Source: SAR202 cluster bacterium
GTDB lineage: Bacteria > Chloroflexota > Dehalococcoidia > UBA6926 > VFHL01
Assembly: GCA_009392005.1 (NCBI GenBank)
Contig: VFHL01000001.1
Span: 184,392 to 248,391, forward strand
Reading direction: 5' to 3'
Length of the DNA: 64,000 bases
A program made the position numbers and the translations under genes. The notes beneath the pieces are model-generated. The model was not told where the DNA came from. It ran no database searches and saw only the letters and a list, made by a program, of their open reading frames with translations. Shown piece after piece: positions 9,652-19,850 of the stretch. Each line of letters starts with the position of its first letter. The first letter of the stretch is position 1.

Positions 9652-12600
9652 ATGGGTTTTGAGCCGGTGTCGAGTAAGGTGGATTTTCCTGGGTTAGAGA
9701 ATGATGTTCAGGAATTTTGGCGCGAACACAACATTTTTCGAAGGACGTTAGATGAACGACAGGGAGCTCCTCTGTTTACTTTTTTTGAGGGACCTCCAAC
9801 CGCCAATGGTCGCCCTGGGATACATCATGTTTTGTCACGAGTATTTAAGGATATTATCCCGCGATTCAAGACAATGCAGGGTTTTTACGTTCCCCGTAAG
9901 GCAGGTTGGGATACACATGGTTTACCAGTTGAACTAGAGATAGAAAGAGAATTAGGCCTAAAAACCAAACAAGATATTGAATCATTTGGGATTGCCGAAT
10001 TCAATGCTAAATGTCGTGAAAGCGTTTTCAGGTATGTAAAAGATTGGGAAGAACTTACACAGCGAATCGGCTTCTGGCTTGATTTGGATGATGCATATGT
10101 GACGTTCAAAAATGAATATGTAGAGTCTTTATGGTGGATTTTTAAACAACTATGGGATAAGGATTTAGTCTACAAGGATTACAAAGTGACGCCTCATTGT
10201 CCAAGGTGCGACACTTCTTTAAGTTCACATGAGGTTGCGCAGGGTTATAAAGATGATACTCCTGATCCTTCTATATTCGTTCGATTCTCGCTTCTCCAAG
10301 ATGAGCACACACGTAAATTGAACTTAGGTAACGATAACATTGTTACGTCACTGCTAGTGTGGACAACAACACCATGGACATTACCGGCAAATGTTGGACT
10401 AGCAGTTTCCGCAGAATCAAATTATGTGTTGGTTGAAGGTGATTTCGGGAATGGTTCTGAGCAGCTTGTAGTAGCAGAAGCTCTTTTGGATACGATTTCA
10501 GATTATGAATACAGCATTAGGCAGACCATAAAAGGAGAGCAATTGGTTGGTTTCAGGTACACACCCTTATTCACTCCAGAACCTGTGGAGAATGCTTACC
10601 GAGTTATCGCGGCTGATTTTGTTTCAATGGATGATGGTACAGGAATTGTTCATGTCGCTCCCGCTTACGGTGCGGAAGATCTAGAAGTGGGTCGTCGTGA
10701 AGGATTACCAGTGTTGCATACCGTCCATCAAAATGGAGTAATTATGGACACTGTATCGAAGTGGGGAGGCGTTTTCATTAAGGAAGCGGATAGTGACATT
10801 ATTGCTGATCTTCAAGAACGAGGGGTTTTGTATGAGCACGGGGTGATCAAGCACACTTATCCCTTTTGTTGGAGATGTGATTCACCTCTGATTTATTATG
10901 CAAAAGTTTCTTGGTATATTCGTACAACTGCTGCTCAGGAGCGACTTTTAAGTGGAAATGAAGAGATTAATTGGTATCCAGAGCATATCAAGCGGGGTCG
11001 TTTTGGAGAATGGCTGAAGAATAATATTGATTGGGCTGTATCTCGTGAACGGTACTGGGGTACGCCAATGCCAATTTGGACATGTGCAGCGTGTGAAAGG
11101 AGCGAATGTGTAGGTGGGATCTCTGATCTCAACGGTAAGGATCAGATTCAAGGTTTATCCGATGATTTAGATTTACATAGGCCTTATGTCGATAATGTCA
11201 CATTTGCCTGTTCTGATTGCGGGGGACAAATGAAACGTGAATTAGAAGTGCTAGATGCCTGGTACGATTCAGGAGCAATGCCAGTAGCCCAGTGGCATTA
11301 TCCCTTTGAGAATGAGTCGACATTTCAATCACAATTCCCAGCTGATTTTATTTGTGAAGCTGTCGATCAAACTCGGGGCTGGTTTTATACTTTGCATGCG
11401 TTATCTACGTTGCTTTTTGCACAGCCAAGCTACAAGAATGTTATTTCTTTGGGGCATATTCTGGACGAGAACGGCGAGAAGATGAGCAAATCACGGGGAA
11501 ACGTTATTGAGCCGTGGGAAATCATTGATCAGCAGGGTGCGGATGCTCTTCGCTGGTATATGTACACAGCATCGGCCCCTGGTAATCCACGAAGATTTTC
11601 TTCAGCTCTTGTTGGAGAGTCAATTAGACGATTTATGTTGCCTTTGTGGAACGTTTACTCCTTTTTTGTCACGTACGCAAATATTGACGGGTTTGATCCA
11701 AAGGATCAAGTGCCTCTAGACCAACGCGCGCATCTAGATCGTTGGGTTCTATCAGAGTTGAACATTTTGATTCAAGACGTTACCGGTTTGCTTGAGGCGT
11801 ACAACCCGACGGATGCGGCTCGACGTATTCAGTCATTTGTAGACGATTTATCCAACTGGTATGTTCGCCGTAGCAGGCGGCGCTTCTGGAAAAGTGAAAA
11901 CGATCAAGATAAATTGGGAGCATATATTACCTTACATGAAGTTCTCGTTACCGTTTCGAAGCTTTTGGCTCCATTCACTCCATTTATTGCTGAGAAGATG
12001 TATCAGAACCTTGTATTCGTTGGAGATGACGGAGAGCACGACAGTGTACATCTTGCTGACTGGCCTGCAGTCGATGAAGAGGTTATTGATCGGGAGGTTG
12101 TATCTGATACTCAATTAGCAATCCAATTATCAAGTTTGGGCCGCGCTGCGAGGAGCAAAGCGAATATTCGTGTACGTCAGCCTTTATCCCATGTTTTTGT
12201 ACTCACGTCTGGTACTTTGCAACAAGAGGCTGTCATTCGAGTTGCTGATCAGGTACGGGATGAATTGAATGTAAAAGAGGTTTCTTCAATTAGTGACCTG
12301 GCGAATTTCATTCAATATTTAGTTAAACCCAACCTTCAAATTCTCGGGAAGAAATATGGTCGACAATTAAAGGATATCGTAGAGGGAATCGAAAGCGCTG
12401 ACGCAAACAAGATTGCAGAAGATGTTTTGGTCGGGAAGCAAATTCAGGTTGGGGCATTCATGTTATTACCAGATGAGATATTAGTGGAGGTGTCAGATAA
12501 GGAAGGATTTGTTTCATCGGTAGATGCGGGCCGAACCGTGATATTGGAAACACAGCTGTCAGAGGAATTGGTTTCAGAAGGATTGGCTCGAGAGGTCGTG

Positions 12601-12834
12601 CATCGTATTCAGACGATGCGTAGAGAAGCGGATTTTGATATTGCAGATCGCATTATTACCTATTATGGAGGGCATGAAGTTCTAACTGATGTGATTATGG
12701 AACATTCAACTTATATCTCTGAAGAAACATTGTCATCCGAACTCATATTGGCACCCCCGCCTGAAGAGGCTTTTTCGCAGCCGGTCAAGATTAATGATTT
12801 AGGTATTGAATTAGGTGTCAAAAAAATAGGTTGA
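9652..12834 (+). CDS. ileS: Isoleucine--tRNA ligase, type 2
   Basis: EGPPTANGRPGIHH, GWDTHGLP, WTTTPWTLP, KMSKS; type-2 C-terminus without the type-1 Zn finger; Ile T-box upstream. Confidence 0.98.
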   Translation: MGFEPVSSKVDFPGLENDVQEFWREHNIFRRTLDERQGAPLFTFFEGPPTANGRPGIHHVLSRVFKDIIPRFKTMQGFYVPRKAGWDTHGLPVELEIERELGLKTKQDIESFGIAEFNAKCRESVFRYVKDWEELTQRIGFWLDLDDAYVTFKNEYVESLWWIFKQLWDKDLVYKDYKVTPHCPRCDTSLSSHEVAQGYKDDTPDPSIFVRFSLLQDEHTRKLNLGNDNIVTSLLVWTTTPWTLPANVGLAVSAESNYVLVEGDFGNGSEQLVVAEALLDTISDYEYSIRQTIKGEQLVGFRYTPLFTPEPVENAYRVIAADFVSMDDGTGIVHVAPAYGAEDLEVGRREGLPVLHTVHQNGVIMDTVSKWGGVFIKEADSDIIADLQERGVLYEHGVIKHTYPFCWRCDSPLIYYAKVSWYIRTTAAQERLLSGNEEINWYPEHIKRGRFGEWLKNNIDWAVSRERYWGTPMPIWTCAACERSECVGGISDLNGKDQIQGLSDDLDLHRPYVDNVTFACSDCGGQMKRELEVLDAWYDSGAMPVAQWHYPFENESTFQSQFPADFICEAVDQTRGWFYTLHALSTLLFAQPSYKNVISLGHILDENGEKMSKSRGNVIEPWEIIDQQGADALRWYMYTASAPGNPRRFSSALVGESIRRFMLPLWNVYSFFVTYANIDGFDPKDQVPLDQRAHLDRWVLSELNILIQDVTGLLEAYNPTDAARRIQSFVDDLSNWYVRRSRRRFWKSENDQDKLGAYITLHEVLVTVSKLLAPFTPFIAEKMYQNLVFVGDDGEHDSVHLADWPAVDEEVIDREVVSDTQLAIQLSSLGRAARSKANIRVRQPLSHVFVLTSGTLQQEAVIRVADQVRDELNVKEVSSISDLANFIQYLVKPNLQILGKKYGRQLKDIVEGIESADANKIAEDVLVGKQIQVGAFMLLPDEILVEVSDKEGFVSSVDAGRTVILETQLSEELVSEGLAREVVHRIQTMRREADFDIADRIITYYGGHEVLTDVIMEHSTYISEETLSSELILAPPPEEAFSQPVKINDLGIELGVKKIG

Positions 12835-12900
12835 TACTTGGTTCGGTTCAAAAACGCACATTTTATTCTGAAGTTTGGCCATGATACGTGGTAAGAGTGA

Positions 12901-13812
12901 TTACCCTGATGTGGATTCCAAGAAATTCTGGATTACATTTGCAAGCACTGAGGGTTGGTCATAAGCAATATCATGCACGGTCTCTTCAATCCAATGTAAA
13001 TGAGCGTTGGGGATTCTGCTCATAGCTTCTTGGACACCTAGCATTTTTCGTGCTGCAAATTCTTTCTTCATTGTTTTTTGGGGACCCGCAGGAACAAGTA
13101 AGGTTGGGGATTTTATATCTCCAAAAATGTTTGATGCAGGGTTGTTCCACATCGAATAAAGTACTTGCTCGTGATTAGCAGGTTCTAAAATTTCGTCTAC
13201 AGTGCCATCAGATTTTATTTTTACCATAGTCATGACTATTTGCTCTAGTTGGTCAGACCAGACATCAGTGAATTGTTTGCGTAGTGATGAAATATAACGT
13301 TCACGAGGACCGTAAATGTCTCGTGGTGATAGTCGCTCTTTGAAACTTTTCCAGGGGATTTCCGTCGAGCGCTGTGGTGCAACGCCGCCATCTATCAATA
13401 CTAGCCGAGAAACTCGACTTGGGTAGATGGCGGCGAGATGAGCTGCCACACTTGCCCCCCAAGAATGCCCGATTATGCATGCGGTTTCAATTTCTAACTT
13501 ATCCATTGCATCAATGATGTCTGTGGCTAGGGTGTGCCAGTCGTAACCTGTCGGAGTTTGCTCGGTTTTTCCATGAGCCCTTTGGTCAAAGGCTAGACGT
13601 CGGAAGTGAGGATTCAATAATGGCAAAACTAGCGAATACCAATGAGCGGAAGATGCTAGACCATGTAAGGCGATTATGGATTGTCCGGATTTGCCCCATT
13701 GGAGGTAGTGCATTCTAATTTTGTTCGCAACTAACCATCCATGCCGGGGTTTTTCTTGGTTCACGAAAGAGTCTTTAGCGTTGTTTCGGGTAATGTTTTC
13801 TCGTAACGGCAT
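12901..13812 (-). CDS. Alpha/beta hydrolase
   Basis: LHGL, DQRAHG, GHSWG nucleophile elbow, C-terminal His (VHDI); start uncertain. Confidence 0.9.
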   Translation of the reverse strand: MPLRENITRNNAKDSFVNQEKPRHGWLVANKIRMHYLQWGKSGQSIIALHGLASSAHWYSLVLPLLNPHFRRLAFDQRAHGKTEQTPTGYDWHTLATDIIDAMDKLEIETACIIGHSWGASVAAHLAAIYPSRVSRLVLIDGGVAPQRSTEIPWKSFKERLSPRDIYGPRERYISSLRKQFTDVWSDQLEQIVMTMVKIKSDGTVDEILEPANHEQVLYSMWNNPASNIFGDIKSPTLLVPAGPQKTMKKEFAARKMLGVQEAMSRIPNAHLHWIEETVHDIAYDQPSVLANVIQNFLESTSG

Positions 13813-13846
13813 TTTGAAAATTTGTGGATCTGTTTTGCAGACCCAC

Positions 13847-14122
13847 CTAAGGGATACTCCTCCAAAATCGCTTTATGAATCCGCGAGATGCGTAAAGCAA
13901 GAGAGACACAATAATAATTAATGGTAGGACACGAATACCAACAGGCCCGAGACGTAGGAGAAAGACAATAAAACTTACTAAGCACATGGATAGTAGGGTG
14001 AATTTCAGGTATTTTTGCCACCTGAAAGAGACCTTTTTGGGGGTTAATGCTTTCAGCGAGCGCTTGCGTTTTGAACTGGTGTTCAAAATGCTGCCTAGTT
14101 CATCTTCAAGTTTCTTATCCAT
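13847..14122 (-). CDS. Small membrane protein (two predicted TM helices)
   Basis: Basic N-terminal region then two hydrophobic segments; AGGA upstream. Confidence 0.6.
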   Translation of the reverse strand: MDKKLEDELGSILNTSSKRKRSLKALTPKKVSFRWQKYLKFTLLSMCLVSFIVFLLRLGPVGIRVLPLIIIVSLLLYASRGFIKRFWRSIP

Positions 14123-14332
14123 GATCCAAATGGATTCCTTGATAATTGTTCAGGTTGATATCGATTGGTAAAACTACGACAGTATGGCACGAATCATGTG
14201 ATTTTTGATAGGGTTTTACTCCTTTGCACTTGTCACGGTATCATTTTTCTGAGGAGTGCATTGCAACTGTTAAGGAATAAAATAAGGCGATATATTGTTG
14301 ATTAGGTTCTTCGTTTTATTAAGAGGTGCGTT

Positions 14333-14524
14333 ATGATGAAATCTATGCAAATGGATCACTGGGTAACACCCCACCAAGCCGCTGAAATAATGAAGGTTTC
14401 TTTGAATGAAGTATTGCAATTGATCGCTAATCGCGATCTCAAAGCAACGCATTTAGGCAGCAGCACAATTCCGTATATTCATAAGGATGAATTGGCTCGC
14501 TATCAGGCAAGTAAAAAGGAATGA
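14333..14524 (+). CDS. Small excisionase/BldC-like HTH DNA-binding protein (HTH_17-like)
   Basis: T..QAAE.MKVS...V..LI...DLKA pattern; SD GAGGTG. Confidence 0.8.
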   Translation: MMKSMQMDHWVTPHQAAEIMKVSLNEVLQLIANRDLKATHLGSSTIPYIHKDELARYQASKKE

Positions 14525-14617
14525 TCCTCAATTGGCCTGACTCTTTCCATTACCAACAATAGTCTGGAAGTGAATAAAGGCAAACCGAGTGTTGTCGTGG
14601 GGCGTATGTTCGGCTCT

Positions 14618-14860
14618 TTATAGACGCGTATATTTGTACGGGAATTGTTTTGTGTATAGTGCGCGGTTTAAAACACCGGCTCCTTTTGTTCTCCATACGC
14701 GCATTAGATTGACGCTATCTAGAGCTTGAGCTTTTCTCTTGTCGTCATTCAACTCCGTGATACTAACAGACTTGTACACACTGTCGTACCAATCTTTTTC
14801 CATATCGGTAAGGTCAGACTCGGAATCTGCTAGCTCGATGCCTTCGATATCTGCCATCAT
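14618..14860 (-). CDS. Hypothetical small protein (80 aa)
   Basis: SD-like AAGGGGG before ATG; acidic N-half, basic/aromatic C-half. Confidence 0.65.
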   Translation of the reverse strand: MMADIEGIELADSESDLTDMEKDWYDSVYKSVSITELNDDKRKAQALDSVNLMRVWRTKGAGVLNRALYTKQFPYKYTRL

Positions 14861-14995
14861 GGCCCCCTTGATTTATCCTCAATATCGTATGTTGCGTTTC
14901 TGTTCTGTGATTATCGCAGTAGTTGGGATTTTGTTCAATCCGTAATTTCAAGCCGACCACGCATTGCACTGAATTTTGTATTGGCATTGATGGAG

Positions 14996-16285
14996 CTATT
15001 CAATTTTAGAGAAAAGATCATCCAATTCGTTGAGAACGTTCTGGACATTTGAGACTTGAGAGATTGATTTCAGTGATGCAATTATTTTAGTGGCTTGATT
15101 GTGTGTGTGGTCACGCGTTTCTAGTGGTGTTTCATTGAGTGATATAACGTGTTTTGCATGCCTCAGACTTTCAACATTTCGAATATTAGACGGTCCTATG
15201 GGTATATTCGTCATGATAGTTGCATCAGCTTCTGCAATCAGGCGATTGTTGCGGTGATATGATTCGTTGTCAATTGGTGTAAATGGTGGGATGGAAACGT
15301 TTTCTATACCCAATGAAGAGGCTGTGGTTTGATCGACGTCATCATTATTCAAGACACCAACGGTGACTTTCATGCCTCTTCGATGGAGTATATGCATGAT
15401 CTCTGTTCCCGAGCTGTGGCCACTTATCAAGTGGATTCGTTTCCCATTTTTGATAATTTGCGCATTTTCGGTGATATGCGCTATTGGGTGAATGGTCAAT
15501 TGGTGGTTCACAGGATCAATATATACGGCAGTTTCAACGTCAAAAGCTTTTTGGATATTCCTTGAAGTGAGCACTTCTTCAGGTTTGCCGTCTTTAAGAA
15601 TCGAGCCATTTCTCATCAAGATCAGCCGGTTGCAATAGCGTGCTGCTACATTGAGGTCGTGAATTGCAGCGAGGATCGTAATTCCTTTTTTTGCGAGAAT
15701 CTTGACTTGATCAAAGATTCTTGTTTGATGTTGAAGATCAAGGTTCGCGGTGGGTTCGTCAAGAAGTAATGTGTCACCCTGTTGAGCCAAGGCCCTGGCG
15801 ATAAATATGCGTTGCTGTTCACCACCTGATAGCGTTGAAACAGAGCGTTCAGAGAAATCCAGCGTTTGAGTAAAATCCATCGCTGTTCGGGCAATCTCTC
15901 TATCGGATTCACGTTCTACTTGAAACTTGTTCAAGTGAGGATATCGACCCATTAGAACCACTTCTATTCCTTTGAAACCATGCGTGTTTGGGGCGATTTG
16001 TTGTACTTGCCCAACTGATCGAGCGAGTGCTTTTGCTGATATTTCGTCCAAGTCGTTGCCATTTATTGTGATGGTTCCGCTTTTAATCTTTAATAATTTT
16101 GAAATTGCTTTCAGTAACGTTGTTTTCCCAGCTCCGTTTGGACCAATTAATCCCACAAAGTCGCCTTCGTTGATTGAGAAATCTAAATTGTTGAGTAGTT
16201 CGTTGTCATCTATCGAGTAGAAGACTTTTTGCGCACTAACCGCAGGTACGCTCTCAAGATTATCTTGAGAGGAATTATTGCTCAT
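14996..16285 (-). CDS. btuD: Cobalamin ABC transporter ATP-binding protein with C-terminal extension
   Basis: GPNGAGKT, LSGGEQQR, LLLDEPT; FecE/BtuD type; downstream of a B12 riboswitch. Confidence 0.85.
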   Translation of the reverse strand: MSNNSSQDNLESVPAVSAQKVFYSIDDNELLNNLDFSINEGDFVGLIGPNGAGKTTLLKAISKLLKIKSGTITINGNDLDEISAKALARSVGQVQQIAPNTHGFKGIEVVLMGRYPHLNKFQVERESDREIARTAMDFTQTLDFSERSVSTLSGGEQQRIFIARALAQQGDTLLLDEPTANLDLQHQTRIFDQVKILAKKGITILAAIHDLNVAARYCNRLILMRNGSILKDGKPEEVLTSRNIQKAFDVETAVYIDPVNHQLTIHPIAHITENAQIIKNGKRIHLISGHSSGTEIMHILHRRGMKVTVGVLNNDDVDQTTASSLGIENVSIPPFTPIDNESYHRNNRLIAEADATIMTNIPIGPSNIRNVESLRHAKHVISLNETPLETRDHTHNQATKIIASLKSISQVSNVQNVLNELDDLFSKIE

Positions 16286-16329
16286 TTCGTATAAATCTCC
16301 CATCAGCTTTGTGGTTCTAAGAGCATTTT

Positions 16330-17400
16330 TCAGTTGGGTGGTAATGTGAATGAAGGTAAAATTTCGTTAGTGAATTCACTAGGCCAAAGAATGCTTGCAA
16401 GCGATTCAGCACCTTTGATGTTCCAAAATGATAGCGTCGTAAATATTCTGCTTTCTACAATATGTACTTGGTTCGCTTTAATCGCTGCTACATTTTTTAA
16501 AGCGGGATTATTCAAAAGGTCGGTTTTTAGCTCATTCGCTCCCCAATCAATGGGTTGTGGGATAAAAATTACTTCTGGATCCATCGCGATAAGACCTTCT
16601 AGACTTGTCGTAGCGTTTCCAACGATTCCAGCGTTCGCTGCTACATTTATTCCTCCTGCCATTTCAATAATGCTGCCCTCTGCGGAATCAATGCCCGCTG
16701 TCCAAATCTGATCTGAGTATCTGGTTACAGCCATAGTTCTCTTGCGCTCATCGTTGAAATCCTTGTGGCGTGTGATATTGGTAAGTGATTTGTAGCGAAC
16801 TTCGACTTCTTTCGCAAATTCTATGGCTCGCTCTTCCTCGCCATAGATATACCCCAAGAGTAGTATGTCTTGGATGCGTGTTGTTGGATTGTTTGAAAGG
16901 CTGGTTTGTATGATAGGTACGTTCAATTTATTCAGTGCTTCAATTGTTTCTTGAGGCATGTACGGGCTGACTACCATCACATCTGGCTGTTGTGCAATAA
17001 GTATCTCGGGATCAGTGTTGATTATGGGGATATCTTTTGTTAGGTTAGCAACGTTTGAGTAAGTGGAGTCCTGCGTAACGCTACCGACACCAACCAGACG
17101 TGAAGCTGGTACTAGAGCCAGTGTCATTTCATCGTGACCTATTGAGGCAGTTATTATGCGTTGTGGCTTTTCAGGAATTGTAATGGAACCATTGGAGCCT
17201 TTTACTGAACGCGGCCACCCAAAATTCTGTGGATCAAGAATTCCTGGCACATTAGAAAAAGCCGTTGTAGTGGTTTCATGCTCGGTTGCTTTTGGAGTTG
17301 GTGATGGTGTCGCTGATGAAGAGCAACCTATTCCGAAAACAATGAGCATCGTTGATAAGCCAATCATCCAAAATCTGTTTAGCCAATATCTTGCGTTCAA
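16330..17400 (-). CDS. btuF: Cobalamin ABC transporter substrate-binding lipoprotein
   Basis: Lipobox GIGC, PQRII motif, class III SBP features; SD AGGAGG with TTG start. Confidence 0.85.
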   Translation of the reverse strand: MNARYWLNRFWMIGLSTMLIVFGIGCSSSATPSPTPKATEHETTTTAFSNVPGILDPQNFGWPRSVKGSNGSITIPEKPQRIITASIGHDEMTLALVPASRLVGVGSVTQDSTYSNVANLTKDIPIINTDPEILIAQQPDVMVVSPYMPQETIEALNKLNVPIIQTSLSNNPTTRIQDILLLGYIYGEEERAIEFAKEVEVRYKSLTNITRHKDFNDERKRTMAVTRYSDQIWTAGIDSAEGSIIEMAGGINVAANAGIVGNATTSLEGLIAMDPEVIFIPQPIDWGANELKTDLLNNPALKNVAAIKANQVHIVESRIFTTLSFWNIKGAESLASILWPSEFTNEILPSFTLPPN

Positions 17401-17425
17401 ACTGAATCCTCCTGATTGAGATCTT

Positions 17426-18502
17426 TTATGAAAACGTTTCGGTTCCGCGGTTATTGCGGATCAGTAAAAAAAGAAAGAATGGGGCGCCAATGAAAGAAGT
17501 GATAATCCCGACACGTATTTCTGCTGGCTGTACAATTGTTCGTGCGATTGTATCTGCTGCTATGAGGAATATTGCGCCTCCAATTGCGCTTGTTGGAACT
17601 AGTACACGATTATCTGTACCTACTATGAGGCGAAGGACATGTGGAACGATAAGCCCAACAAAGATAATGGTTCCACTAACAGCGACTGCTGTTCCCGTAA
17701 TTAGTGCGGACACAGCGATTAAAAATGGCCGAATATAGTTGACTCTCAAACCTAAGGATCGCGCATCATTATCACCTATCATCAACATGTTTAATTCGCG
17801 TGTGAACCCAAATATTAGGGTGATTCCGATCAATATTGGGATCCATGAAATGGCGACATGTTCCCAGGCTCGTGAATCAAGTCCGCCTGCTAGCCAAAAA
17901 AGGATCTTCCTTACAGGATCGTTGTCTGGTACTACCAAAATAGCCGCAGAAATAATTGAATTTAAAAATGCGGTTACCGCGACGCCAGCGAGCAGAAGTG
18001 TAGGCATCGAGAATCTTCCGCCGGCTGCAGCGATGGAATAAACGAGAAAAGTCGCTCCTATAGCGCCCAGGAATGAGAAAAATGGTAGGGCCAGGAAAAA
18101 GATTTCATTTAGACCCAACGCGATTGCGATCACTGCTCCAACAGCTCCACCCGCAGAAACACCAATGATTCCCGGATCCGCCATAGGATTCCGGAAAAGG
18201 CTTTGCATTGTAGCACCAGCGACGCTAAGTGCCATCCCAACTAATCCTGCGATGATAATTCGTGGTATTCGTAGCTGTAGAACTATTAAAGAGTCAGTTT
18301 GGTTTTGTGATGAATTGAGTGTAAATGCATCTGCAATAATGTGTAGGACACGAATAAATCTGATCGATACAGGTCCAGAGGCAGTTGCGATGGAAACGGT
18401 TATGAATAAGCAGATGACAAGAACGGTTATTGATATAACCAATCGTTGCAAGATACTTCCATTATTGAATTGATTTAGCGTTTGGCTAACACGGCGAACC
18501 AT
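17426..18502 (-). CDS. btuC: Cobalamin ABC transporter permease (FecCD family)
   Basis: RIPR, FRNPMADPGIIGVSAG, FVGLIVPH; the track start (18532) lies inside the terminator, so the start is 18502 or later. Confidence 0.88.
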   Translation of the reverse strand: MVRRVSQTLNQFNNGSILQRLVISITVLVICLFITVSIATASGPVSIRFIRVLHIIADAFTLNSSQNQTDSLIVLQLRIPRIIIAGLVGMALSVAGATMQSLFRNPMADPGIIGVSAGGAVGAVIAIALGLNEIFFLALPFFSFLGAIGATFLVYSIAAAGGRFSMPTLLLAGVAVTAFLNSIISAAILVVPDNDPVRKILFWLAGGLDSRAWEHVAISWIPILIGITLIFGFTRELNMLMIGDNDARSLGLRVNYIRPFLIAVSALITGTAVAVSGTIIFVGLIVPHVLRLIVGTDNRVLVPTSAIGGAIFLIAADTIARTIVQPAEIRVGIITSFIGAPFFLFLLIRNNRGTETFS

Positions 18503-18507
18503 ATAAT

Positions 18508-18548
18508 AAAAAAAACCTTCAGTGAATAACAATTCGCTGAAGGTTTTT
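18508..18548 (-). terminator. Attenuator terminator of the cobalamin riboswitch
   Basis: Minus strand AAAAACCTTCAGCGAAT-TGTT-ATTCACTGAAGG followed by T8. Confidence 0.85.
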
Positions 18549-18629
18549 CATCACGCTGGTCAAAACCGTTTTTAATACGGTCCTTGGTTGACGGTCTCCC
18601 CTTGGCAGCGAAGAGAGTATTCATCTTTG

Positions 18630-18797
18630 CGTTTAGGCAGGTCTCCTGGCTAACGGGGCATTACTTTGTGCTGACTTCCTTCCCGCAAAAAAAGGAGCTT
18701 GCAGTGGAAGTCTGCGTTTTTTCCCGATTACAGTGGCGCGACCGCGGCGGAATCTAACCGCCTTCCCTATTCTCCCCAGATGTGGGGCACCTAAACG
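18630..18797 (-). promoter_or_regulatory. Cobalamin (AdoCbl-type) riboswitch
   Basis: Minus strand CGTTTAGGTGCCC...AATAGGGAAGGCGGTTAGATTCCGCCGCGGTCGCGCCACTGTAA...CCACTG...GGGAAGG...AGCCAGGAGACCTGCCTAAACG; P1 closes; precedes btuCFD. Confidence 0.96.
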
Positions 18798-19068
18798 ATT
18801 TTGGTATGCTCCTTGTCTTTCAGTCTATAAGCGAAATGATCACAGCAAAATGTTGCTGCGTCAACACTTGACTTCTAAAATAGCCAAATTGAAAATCCGA
18901 TATTATCGGCCTGCACCAATTAGCAGCGTTTATATTTGTCCTTATTTGTAATAACAGATTAAGATGGTTATTTATTGGGTTCAACAAGATAATGAAGCTG
19001 ATTTGATACCCAATTTCAGCTGGTGATTGGCGTACAAAAGCAGGACTTGTAGAAATGGAGAGAAACAC

Positions 19069-19680
19069 TTGAATTTTGGTGATGCGGCGAGTGAAAGTTC
19101 GATTCAACAAGTAAGGAAAGTTTTAAGTGAACGTACTAACGTAAAGGCGTTAATTTTTGATGATCATAATGATGGCCTGAGAGGCTTGAAAAATATGATC
19201 CCGAAAGGCTCTAATGTTTATACCGGGCCGTCTGAGACTCTAAATCAAATTGGTTTTACTGAACATGTGCGTGAGAGTGATGACTACATTGATCTTAGGG
19301 CACGGGTTTTAGCTGAACCTGATTATGATAAGCGGCGTGATATTCGGCGGGAAGTGTCTACAGCTGATTTTTTTGTGGCAAGTGTACATGCGATCGTAGA
19401 AACGGGTGAGGTCGTTATTGTGAGCGGATCAGGTAGTCAACTTGCTGGTTATGCGGCAGGAGCTCGGAATGTAATTTGGGTTGCAGGAAGCAACAAAATA
19501 GTGCCGAATATGGATATTGCGATGCGGCGGGTGCGAGAACATTCTTTGCCATTGGAAGACGCACGTATGAAGAGTACCGGTGCTGCAGGTAGCGCAATTG
19601 GTAAAATATTGATTGTCGAGCGCGAAAGTGTTGAAGGCAGAATCCGGCTAGTATTGATACGCGAGTCCCTTGGATTTTGA
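19069..19680 (+). CDS. LUD domain (LutC/YkgG-like) protein
   Basis: S..A..ETGEVVIVSGSGS, WVAGSNKIVPN motifs; TTG 19069 after GGAGAG. Confidence 0.8.
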   Translation: MNFGDAASESSIQQVRKVLSERTNVKALIFDDHNDGLRGLKNMIPKGSNVYTGPSETLNQIGFTEHVRESDDYIDLRARVLAEPDYDKRRDIRREVSTADFFVASVHAIVETGEVVIVSGSGSQLAGYAAGARNVIWVAGSNKIVPNMDIAMRRVREHSLPLEDARMKSTGAAGSAIGKILIVERESVEGRIRLVLIRESLGF

Positions 19681-19752
19681 TTGTTTTTGAAGCAAGGGGC
19701 ATGTTTTTTTCGCCAAATGAAAAATTAATCTTTCAACGAATTGGCATAAATC

Positions 19753-19781
19753 TTGACGTATTCCTCTACCATCGGTATATT
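19753..19781 (+). promoter_or_regulatory. Sigma70-type promoter
   Basis: TTGACG-17 nt-TATATT. Confidence 0.65.
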
Positions 19782-19850
19782 CACTGACTGTGCATGGTTT
19801 GTGCATAAATTAACGAAATGCTTGAGCCCTAAATTGCAAAGTGAGACTTA

